Assembly (NCBI GenBank): GCA_965644265.1
Contig: OZ286472.1
Coordinates: 27,900,001-27,964,000, forward strand
DNA from: Glycera tridactyla
Lineage: Eukaryota
DNA length: 64,000 nt
Reading direction: 5' to 3'
Shown: piece by piece, positions 14,701 through 26,700 of the stretch
Numbering within the stretch: the stretch's first letter is position 1
Layout of the letters: each line of letters opens with the position of its first letter
Notes under the pieces: model-generated
Told to the model about the DNA's origin: nothing
The model's input: the letters and a program-made list of their open reading frames with translations, nothing else
The model's database searches: none
Program-made: the position numbers and the translations under genes

Positions 14701-17700
14701 ACAGGGTCACTTTTGACAAGTTTCATTGTCCACTTTCAATGAGAACACCTCTTCTGAAAAACCCTTTTCACTGACATGACATGCATCTCTCATCACAGCT
14801 TCAACTGTATTTGAATGTGACAGCTATGGTTATGCCCTTCAATACCAAGGATGACTGGAGAAAAAAATGCATTTAGATGTAGTTTTTGTGATCTCCGTTG
14901 GAGATCATTATGCTACCACCTCTCTTTTAGAAATGCTTTCTAACATCGTCGATTCTGACGCTTGAAACTGTTATAATCAACGGATTTTGGGTCCAACCTG
15001 TGTGAAAGGGACCAATGATTTGATCTAACACAATTTTACCCTGATTCTTTGCTTTGATGAGCGATATTTTGAGAACATGCAGCGATTAAGTAATGGACAT
15101 TTCTCCTTATACTCGTTTTTGTTGCCGATTACCGAAGCACACAGATACGACGGCTCAGAGATGTATAGCTACGCACAAATAGTAAATGCCTGTCAATCAA
15201 GGTCTTTGGGCACGCCCACTCCGATGTTGACATGTGATTCCTGATCTCTGATCTCTCATTCATGAATTGGCGCATTGATCCATGAAACCTGGTAATGAGG
15301 TGCGAAGAAGAAGCACTACTTTACTCCCCTACGAACTATCATATCAACCAAAACACAGATCTTTCAAGATTTATACATGAAGGTAAGACAAATGGATGTC
15401 CAAGAATCAAGAGAGAGAGAGACAGACAGACAGACAGAGAGCTACTCGTTATTTGCTTCATTCAGGTGACACGATTTGGCGAAAGTAGTCCCGGCTCTGA
15501 ACGTAATGAACATGTCAACATCAAAGTGGGCGTGCCCAAAGACCTTGATTGACACCTGCATTCACTATTTGTGTGTAAAACCAGCCAATCAGAGATCAGC
15601 ACTCGCATGAATGACGGCGATTCGACGAACTCTTCAGTTTGTGAAGGAATATGGCCATCAGACAAATCCAAAGGTGGCTGGCTCATGACTCACATCAGGA
15701 GAACCGCTACCCCAAATTCCTGAAGGAGGGCTTCCCCCAATTCTCACTGGAGATCACTGAGCGCAGCTTTGTGCTCTTGTTGTGATCTCCGTTGGAGATC
15801 ACTATGCTACCACCTCTCTGCTCGAAATGCTTTCTAACTTCGCCGATTCTGACTCTCGAGGCTAATATAATCGAACGAATCTTGATCAGATCTGTGTAAA
15901 AGGATCGAATGATCTAATCTAACACAATTTTGAGATGATTTATTGATCTGATGGATGACAATTTGAGGAAATGTAGCGATTACGTAATGGGCATTTCGCC
16001 ATACATTCGTTTTTGTTGCCGATTACCGAAGCACACAGATATGACGGCTCAGAGATGTATAGCTACGCACAAATAGTAGATGCCTGTCAATCAAGCTCTT
16101 TGGCCACACCCACTTCGATGCTGACATGTTTATTATGTTCGGAACCGGGACTACTTTCTCCAAATCGTAGCTCTCTCTTTCTCTGTCTCTCGCTCTGTCT
16201 CTCTCTCTCTCTATAACTCACCGTTGGAACGTTCATATGAATGCATTCCTGGACATCCATCTTTCATACCTCCATGCATAAATCTCGAAAGATCTGTGTT
16301 TTGGTTGATAAAGTAGTGCTTCTTCTTCAAACCTTATTACCAGGTTTCATGGATCACTGCGCCGATTCATGAATGGAATTGTAGATAGTGTGTGTAAAAC
16401 CAGCCAATCAGAGATCAACACTAGCGCAAATGACGGCGATTCGACGAACTTTTTGCTATGGATTATAGCCATAAGAATCGCCCAAGACTCACCGGAGATC
16501 ACTAAGCGCAACATTGCGCTCTTGTTGATTTTTGCTGAGAATCTAATGTGCTGTTTTCCGGTTGGACTGATGAACACAGCCAATGCAGGAACTGATCATG
16601 GGCAATGTTTCACCAACAAACATCCTCTCTTGCAGTTTGATGAATCCAACTGTCAAAATTGAGTGACACTGAGAATTATGATGTATTCACAGTTGGTGAA
16701 GTGGCGCCATCTTGAGTTGGCGATCAATACATGCTTCCATCTCATCGGCACACCTCACAATATCACTTAGCTCCGTCTACCACAATCTCGTTATTTCCCA
16801 CTCAGATTTAATGAGCCCACATCCGCCCCATTCTCATCCCAGTACAGCTATAGTCCATCCAGGAATATTCTGCAGCAAGTGTTATTCCCAGTGCCCCATT
16901 CCCATCCCAGTACAGCTATAGTCCATCCAGGAATATTCTGCAGCAAGTGTTATTCCCAGTGCCCCATTCCCATCCCAGTACAGCTATAGTCCATCCAGGA
17001 ATATTCTGCAGCAACTATTATCCCCAGTGCCCCATTCTCATCCTAGTTCAGCAATAGTCCATCCAGAAATATTCTGCAGCAAGTGTTATTCCCAGTGTCC
17101 CATTCTCATCCTAGTACAGCTATAGTCTGTCCAGAAATTTCTGAAGCAACTTTTTTTTCCCAGTGCCCCATGATCATCCCAGTACAACTATAGTATAGTG
17201 TAGTGCTTCCATATCTTTTCTGCAGCAACTAATTTTTCCCGCACAAATCAAAGACTTCTGAATAAAAGTGATGGTGGATCAATGGAGTATGATTCCTCAG
17301 AATGAATGTGTGACTGTTATGCACAGTCAAACGTGATCTAATAGCCAATACAAAACTCACACTGTCACCAAGATTACAATTCTCCAAAAGACTGCTTATG
17401 ACAGCAGATCTTGTCATTAAGCAAATGAAATAAAGTACTACATGGTGCCTGGAGGTGTCTTTCATAGCAGGTTTGACTGTATAGGCTGAATATTTGTGCC
17501 CTAGAGATGCCCTGGCTGATCGTCGCCCAATACCAGCTCAAGTGTCACATATCCATTATACTCTGTTTTCATCAGACCAAAAGTATTTGAACAATAATTT
17601 TAAATTTAAATTCAATTTGACAAAACACCATTCTGGTGTGTGCTACTCTAGCAAATTGAAAAAAAATTCATTCCTGTGTTTTGTTCACTCTTGTGAACGC

Positions 17701-20700
17701 ATCATGGCCATTTATCATCCGATGACGGGTCTAGCGTGTATGTAAAAGCCGCCTACCGTGTTCGTCTTATGCTTGCACGTAACCCGAGAACAGATGCTAC
17801 ATGTGCTAATCGAGGTCGAGGGTCAACTGGCCATGTCGTGCGTTCGAATCATGCAGCGTCACGGCAAATATTAGTAAAAATGACTCTAGAAAAATCGATA
17901 TAACTCACCAACCAGTGGTCCGATTTTTATTATTTAAACACCAAATCAAAGGTAATATATTATTCTATCTATCTATTGGATGATAAATATCGAATGTCCC
18001 TCGTCCCGGGCACGGGGACGCGTTAAGGACCTCGTAGCCGGGCAACGACACTGCACTCGTGGCCTACGGCCACTCGGGCAGTCCCGGGACCGGCTACACA
18101 GCCCGTAACGCGTCCCCGCACCCGGCACTCGGGGCATTCTATATAAGTATGCACAGATAGCTAGACTGGAATCTCATTCTGTATCACCCTGGTAGGGCGA
18201 AGAAGCGATCTTTACAAGATGATGGAATACGGCTATTTTTTCCACTGTTATCACGCTCATCTCATGTGATAAAACACATGCCCACCAAGGACTGACACAA
18301 TGCAATATAATACAACCATCAGCTTTTCCAAGATGATGTTCACAATTCCACCAAGTTGAAGACAATTGGGAGACAATTGGGCAAAGCAACATTTACAATA
18401 CGGGTTACAGTCAAGCTTTCCTGAGCAGGACTTGTACTAAGCAAGAACTCGCCCTAAGCATTAGGTTTGGTCCATCCTGCCAGCATATCTTTTTGCTATT
18501 ATTGACCTATTCTAAGCATGAATTTGCCTTAGACACACAGTTGTTTTGCTTCATTGTCTTCATGCTTAGGAGATAGATATTCTAATACTGGTTGTCGTGA
18601 CAGAGAGTCGGTGACACGGGCATCAGCAGCTCCATCACGTCACAATTAACAGCCATCAATTACAGGATAGGAGACTCTGCTCTGCTTCTTGATAGAATCC
18701 AGCCTCAGCGACATTTGCTGTCAAGGTACAAGCGGAGTGAAAATTTCACTCTGTCTGGGTCATAGTCTAAACTATAGTCTCTCTGACTCAGACCAGTAAG
18801 AATCTGCCATGTGGCATAGACTTATGGGACAGTAAGAACCTGTCTTGCAGCATAGACTTGTGGAACAGAAAGAAGCTGCCTAGTGGCATAGACTTGTGGA
18901 ACAATAAGAACCTGCCTTGTGGCATAGACTTCTGGAACAGTAAGAACCTGCCATGTGGCATAGACTTCTGGAACAGTAAGAACCTGCCATGTGGCATAGT
19001 TGTCTGGAACAGTAAGAACCTGCCTTGTGGCATAGACTTCTGGAACAGTAAGAACCTGCCATGTGGCATAGACTTCTGGAACAGTAAGAACCTGCCATGT
19101 GGCATAGTCGTCTGGAACAGTAAGAACCTGCCTTGTGGCATAGACTTCTGGAACAGTAAGAACCTGCCTTTTGGCATGGACTTCTAGAACAATAAGAGCC
19201 TGTTCTGTGATAAAGACTTCTGGAACAGTAAGAACCTGCCTTGTGGCATGAACTTCTGGAACAGTAAGAACCTGCCTTGTGACATAGACTTGTGGACCAA
19301 TAAGAACCTGCCATGTGGCATAGACTTCTGGAACAGTAAGAACCTGCCTTGTGGCATAGACTTGTGGACCAATAAGAACCTTGTAGCATAGACTTGTGGA
19401 TCAGTAGTAGTGCTTTTTAAGTAAAGCTCAAATGAACTGATGAACTACGGAATGCCTTCAATCATCAGGGGACAAAGAGCCCAACATGGATGTTGAATGT
19501 ATCAATTTCCACATTCAAGTCTTTGTCCATAACACTCTACTTGAGTATGTATCCAGATAGGATATTGGTCACTCTGTATAATGCAACCCATTGATATGTA
19601 TGATACGTAAAGAATGGTTTATGCTTATGTAACCTGACCGGTTTTGTTTGATAGCTAGAGTGGAGTATTCCTGCTATCACATATTTTATCATTTCATATG
19701 TGACTTATTCTGTACTCAAAAAGAAAAATATAGTCAACAGACATCCCTTGCATATGACTGTAAATACAGTTTTCAAAGTCAAAGCCTCAATTTATCTTCC
19801 CCTTGATCTTGAAGTGACTATCTGATGAATGAAGATGACTCTCCTCTGAGTCTTGATGAGGACAAGCCTCAAATGGACTTTTGTTTGATCTTGGAGTGAC
19901 TCTAATGAATAAAGTAGTTGCAGTCACAACAGACCAGTCCTCTGACTATAATTTGCTCTTGAAATCCCAAGTAGAGCTCCCCACCATCAGTGGTGGCTCT
20001 CTCTTAAAACGGGGACCACAAGTGATGCGGAAACGACCGTAGAATTTTTTACCCGTTGCTTGAAAGCCATGAATTAGCTGAGAGCTAGTACATTTGTGCT
20101 GACATGGTGTGGACATAAAAGCGACAGCATCGGTTGGCTTTCTACGCTGAGCTACGCGTGTGAGTGGAATTCTACAGAAGCAGCCTCAGCTATCTCTACA
20201 CCATGTTAATCTGATCCCTCTACTAGGCCACTAAATCCTCACAATTTTACTGAGAGCATACCATAGACTAGACTAACTCGGATCAGATGTACTAAACTAT
20301 AAACACATGATTATGATAAGCAAAACTTTCATAAAATGCACAAAATTCCGCCATAAATAATGAGCTAATGAGTGGTATCTTTTAGAGCAGGGACTACAAG
20401 AGATGTGATATTGCAATCATACCATAGACTAGACTAACTCATATCAGATCCACTAAAATATAATCATATCAATTTGAGCACCAGAACAAGTATGCAGCAA
20501 TCATACTGGATTGCATGTGAAAAGTTTTTGTTTTAAAACCAACCAGATTTCATACCATTTTATGAAATACATACTGGCATCACAACATCAATTCCCTGTG
20601 TTTCCATCTATTTTCTGTCATTCATTACACAAGTAACATCAAGTATGAGATCAACAACCCCACCAACCTCCATATTCTACTTGGAAATATGGAAATCTGA

Positions 20701-23700
20701 AGAGAAAGACCTGAAGACGATCTCTCACAATAGGCTGAGAACGTTTCCCAAAGCCACTTTCTTGCATACTGCATATTTAGGGTGGATTCTGACATTAATG
20801 GGTGTCTGTTGACGTGTTCTTCATCATTATCTAAAGTGATCATGAACTACACAATTTGAGTCTGCAATGAACAACCGGTTGATGAGTGATCTGCCTTCAA
20901 TGATCATGTTCAACTATCAATTATATACTTTTGCAGAGATTCATCATTTAGTACGTAACCCCGATGGACACAATCAGTAGTTATCCTGGAAGAGTGCAGT
21001 ACGGTTGAACCTGTAGATGATGGCAACCTTTAGTCACATCAAAACATGGTCTTTATAGGCAGGTGACATTTATAGTGAGGTCATTGCATGTTGAAAATAT
21101 CATCAAGATCACAGCTCAGGATGGCATTTGTAGGCATCTGGCCTTTATAGAGAAGTGGTCTCTTGAGAAGGGTTGACTATAGTTGTGAGATATGCTTGCT
21201 AGGCAGTGATGAATGCTGAGTGAAGCTGAACAACTTTTGGCAAGATATCAAACCCCCAATCAAGAGACAGTTCCTGACAGGATGCTATGTTTCCTTTATA
21301 TCAATCCTGCATGCAGATTATGGTAGTTAGTGGAGGGATAAACAACATCTTTACATAAGTCAATATTTGACAGAAATTATCCACTTCCCAGCAGTATCCT
21401 CACTAAATTAGCTTAGGTCCAACAACTATAATCATTAGCATCTAACATGCATCACCATTGACTGGAGGACGCCAATTCTGCAGGACCTCCCTTTCATGTT
21501 TCTATGACTATTGCCAAATGCTGATAAACACATTGATCCTGCTGTTTCAAATTGGATATTTCAAGTTGAAAATATGACCTTGGCAATGATTCTTTCAATT
21601 CAAACTGTTTTTCAATTCGAGAAAAGAAGTAGAATGGTTCATAATATGAATTCAGAATACTGAAGCCAACCATTCCATCAGCAAGGTTGCTTGATAGCTT
21701 CTTGTTTAATTTCATGACAGCGCCAAAGCTATATTGTGAGGCCCATGGGTGAAAATCTATTGAATCCTCAGATGAATCAGTGAGAAAATACATGAGCTAT
21801 TTATTGACAAGAAATAGCATGGCAGAAGGAAAGTGAAGTAAAGATACTCCTAAAATGGGAGTGGTTGCTCCTGCATTCCAGGTAAACATTGTTTTTCTAG
21901 GAATAGCATTGCGAAGACTTCATCCAATCAGGTTATTCATAGAGCAAAACCTGCAACAAGAGAGCCCCTGACAAGAGACCACCTCCAACGGGAGACTGCT
22001 TTCTCAGGGCAGCTTTTCTATCTGACACAGTCAAATATACCTCTCTAGAGACCACCTCTTCTCAGAGACCGCATTTAGGTGACAATTGGGGTGGTCTCTT
22101 GCTGCAGGTTTCACTGTATTCAGTCAAAAGTACATTGAGCAGGCTCTGTATTAATCAGACAACTCTGTTCATTCCATTGGGAACAAATATGTGAAATCCA
22201 TGAAATTCTCTGAGAAGTGAATTTGTTTTCAGGATTATTTATGTAATTTCACTGCTTGGCACAAGAAACATCAATGTTTGATGTGACAGAGCTAGTTCTG
22301 ATGTCAATCACATTGGCACCGAAATGAAAACTGTCCAAACTAGCCATCAATTCTTTGAGTTATGCCATGGCTGGTGTATGTTGGAATGGTGCATGCACAC
22401 ATATTGACAAAATCCCAGCCTATCCTGTTTCTATCAGCAATTTTGGGCATTTTCCATGAAACACTCATCTGTTGAAGTAGCCAACTTTACTTCAGTTCCA
22501 ATCACTTTCAGAATCTTCAGAACAATGCATTGTTATACCTTCCATGGATCATAAGTTTAGCCTGGAGCAGTCGTGCATTCAGTTTTATTTCGAGGGCACC
22601 AAAATAGATGGAACTGGCTGCATTTCCTGCTATTGTGCCAGCTAGGGTTGAATTCCTGCGAGTCCTCATGTCAATGTGAAGCATATTCATGATTCACTGC
22701 AGCATGAGAGTTTATCAAACATACTTTAACATCTAGGTTAGACATGATCAACACCCATTATGAGCTAGCTCCTCTCTCAAAACAANNNNNNNNNNNNNNN
22801 NNNNNNNNNNNNNNNNNNNNNNNNNNNNNNNNNNNNNNNNNNNNNNNNNNNNNNNNNNNNNNNNNNNNNNNNNNNNNNNNNNNNNNNNNNNNNNNNNNNN
22901 NNNNNNNNNNNNNNNNTGTCTATCTATCTTTTCATTTTGGCCTGCCTGCTGTCTGTCCATATCAAGAGCAAGCCATATGTAGGGGAGTCTATCCCTGTAT
23001 GCATGTTGAAGAACCACTGCCATCAGATTCAAAGCATAGGGGAATGCCCCCAGCAGCAGTGCCTCCATTCTTCAACTTCTCAGTTTCAGTCAAATATGAC
23101 CCGAAGGCGTTGAAAGAATGTTAAATCAAAACTCGATGCACTCACTGAGAGCGAATGTCCTGCTGAGTGCATGCTTGTCAATGGAAGATTGAGTGAGAGA
23201 AGTGAAATAGAACAAAACTAATACCTTTCACACTGAATGACCTTGAAATTCAAGATGACCAACCAAAAAGCCATAGCCTAGGAGAGTCTGAACACCAAGT
23301 TTGAGAGGGTTAGCCCTGAAACTTTCGAAGTTATTGTCCAGAATCCGTTTTGATCTTTTTGCACTCAGTGAGGTTGAAATTCAAGATGGCCGTCCCAAAT
23401 CCTCTAAAAGAGACTGAATGTGAGGAGGCTAGCCCTGAAACTTTTCGAGAAATTGTTCAGAAACCGTTTTGACCTTTTTGCACTCAGTTACCTTGAAATT
23501 GAAGATGGCCGCCCCACGATCGATAGGTGTCTTGCCATACCCTAGGAGAGTCTGTAGATCAAGTTCAAAAAAGCTAGCCCTGAAACTCTCCGAGTTATTA
23601 GTTGGAAACTATCCAGCACCAACCCAGACACCCACCCACCAACGAAGGGGTCGATTCGAAAACATAGTGCCCCTCCCGTATTAAACACCACGGGGCATAA

Positions 23701-26700
23701 TGAAGATAAAAACAAACAAACAGTCTGCCTTTTCATCAATCTGTCAGTTCCTGACTGTCATCTTTTCCACTCTCTTGAAAAGGAGTGAGAGACAGTGGCG
23801 GGGGTTGATGGGAAGTGGAAAGATGGGGTAAGGATGACATGGAGGTTGGAGAGAGGAGGGGGATTAATGTATCTGGAATGTCGTAAGTCATGAATCTTAA
23901 AATAGAAGCTCCTCTTTTGAATACTCTGTCACCCATCAGATGCTGGCCCCATTCATTGATGCCAGTAATGTAACCACACTTGATTGATTTCACTTCTGCA
24001 AGTGGGAGGACTGAGTGTAGGTCAATAAAGATTATCCAACAAAAACAGCAGATAGAGAAGAATCCATCAGTTACAGAGATGGAAGGCCATGACTCTCATT
24101 CTCTACTGCCGCTAAATCTTGATTAATTACCATAATCTATGGCCGCTTCCTGTGGATATGCCTTTTTGTCTACCGGACACCACTGAGCTCTTTGGAAGAT
24201 TAGACCATTTTCAGCCAGAAAAATACACTCTATACCATGCACATGGCAAAGATAGTACATTAGATGCAATCACTCCAATGTTACACAATGATGGGAAGAG
24301 CTCCTGCTCGGATTGAGCATCCAATACTCGACCTGCCTACTCAATAGTCCATGAACAGTAACCTCACTGATGACAATCTTTACCTCTTGATATTGGAGTG
24401 TGTACAATCGTAACTGGCAATGTATTGACTGGCTACCAAATTTGCTTAGTCCATACTCACCTGTTTCACTATATCTATATTTGCTCAAAATAGTCACTTG
24501 CTCTGTTCATGTGCCTCCGGATATTTTAGCATGATACAGTAAAACCTGTCTATAGTGAAAAGTCACGGGCCAGATTTTTCTTTTCACTGTAGACAGGATT
24601 TCACTATATTCAGGTCAATTATAGTGACAAAAAAACGTTCGGGCCAGATTTTTCCTTTCACTGTAGACAGGATTTCACTGTGGACAGGATCACACTATAG
24701 CAGGTTTTACTGTAATGGAGAAATTTCCTCGTTACTCACAGTATATACGTGTTCTTGGAAGCTTTCAGGAATCCATCCGGTCCCTTTTCTCAACCAGTGT
24801 TGAATGTGATATGATAGCGTCGTCACGTGATCTCGTTGCTGGGATCAGATCACGTGATTTGTGTAGAACCTCCCAACATATTGGCGGGGGAATGTGCCGG
24901 CCCTTATCCCGGTTCAGTGTGGGATCCAGGTGTGTGATATGGATGGCCTCCGCAACACCTCCCCTGAACCACCCGCTCTCCTGATGTAAGATCTTCACAT
25001 CCCGTTCGGTGAATTGGTGTTGCATCTGGGCCATATGTTGGCCTACTGGGGAAGTGGTGCGCTGGTGTTCCGTGATCCTTTTCTTTAAGGATCTCTCGCT
25101 TTCACCGACGTATTTAGCATCACAGTAAGTTTTACTGTAGTTTACTTGTATTGAATATGTAGATGTAGTATGTTACATTTCCTGATTGTATATGTGTCAG
25201 TATTGGTATTGAATAGAATAATGCAATTTGAATTTGTTTCTCACACAAGAGGTGATGCTTTCTAGTGGTACATAAGTTGAATCTCCATACTCCACTATTT
25301 GTCTTTACAACAATTATGAATCCAACCTGGGAGAGTTAGAAGATGCCCTCATTATCAAAGCAATCATGGAAATTAATCACCAATTTTAATGAGTTTATAC
25401 AATGTAATCACCAATTATATGCATCAATCTGCAAAGCTTCTAATGGAAACAGGCCCGTGAGCCTCAAATGATCAACAGAAAGAGTCCTGGTAGTAGATTA
25501 GAGGGCATTTGACTGGGTGAGTGAGCTGTCGGGTAGGATGGTGGGTGGATGAATTCATTGGTGGGCAGGTGGTTTGGTAAATACAGTGAAACCTGTGACA
25601 AGAGACGACCCTAAATGTAACCAATAAGTGGTCTCTCAAGAGGTGGTTTCTTGTCAGTGGTATTTTTGACTATGTCAAATAAAGCAGCCACCATGAAAAA
25701 TGCGGTCTCCCATTGGAGGTGTTCTCTGGTCAGGGGTCTCTCATTGCAGGCTTCATCAGTCTGACCTGATGTAAGCCCTGGGAGGAGAGCCCAATCAACA
25801 GGAGCAACTTTTTCAACTCAAAAACCCTTGCACACTAAAATGATTTGAGTCAAACCACAGTTCAGTGACAACTGATCAGTTGGAATACGATATAGTGAAA
25901 CATGTGATGAGAGACCATCCTGAATGTCACAAAAAAGTGCTCTCTCCAAGGAGATCTTTGACTATATTGAATATAAAAGCACCCCAATGGAAGCAGTCTC
26001 CCTGTCAGAGGTGGTCTCTCAACACGTCTTACAGTACCGTAGAACATGTGATGAGCGAACCTGTGGTGACAAATCACCAGCAATGATCCAGTATTTTTCA
26101 GAACAATTTTCTATTATCTTTACAACTATAGAGGCTGAATTTGAATGACTTTGAGGTGCTCACTCAGAACAGGTTTCACTGTATAAGATACCTCACAGGA
26201 CCATCCTACTTGATCAGCCATAAATCACTGGCAACAACCACCTTCCTTGAGAAACCAAGGTGGTTGCTCTTCCACTTAACCTGTATAAAATGTGCTGCCA
26301 GTCCAGCTAACTTGTGTGATGACCTGTCACTGCCACCAGTCAAATGTTATACCACTTCCCTATTCCAATCCACTGACAAGTTACTCAGCCAAAATGCAAT
26401 ATTACCAAAGTTCATGGTGACTTATGAGAGGTAAGCCCGTGTTAATATTCCTGCAAATTGCAAGCACCCATATTGAAAGACTGAATGAGAAATGTAGGGT
26501 CCTTATTCGTTGAGGTTTTCCTTGCATGGCACGACATTGCTATCTGTGTGTAGGCAGCGGCTACCAAATCTACCCTCTGGTAGTTTGAAGTCAACTGCCC
26601 AGAAAAATCCGAGAGGTTGTGATTGTTAATATGTCGATTGGATACCATATTTGGCAATGCTCACCAAGAATATCAACCGAGGGGCCAGCTTGCACCTAAA

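Noticed and set aside
18788-19389. Long ORFs of 12-aa repeats ([36 protein letters not shown]), and a CRISPR-like look
   Set aside because: Arise automatically from a 36-bp unit with few stops; units are contiguous with no unique spacers, there are no cas genes, and the context is eukaryotic.
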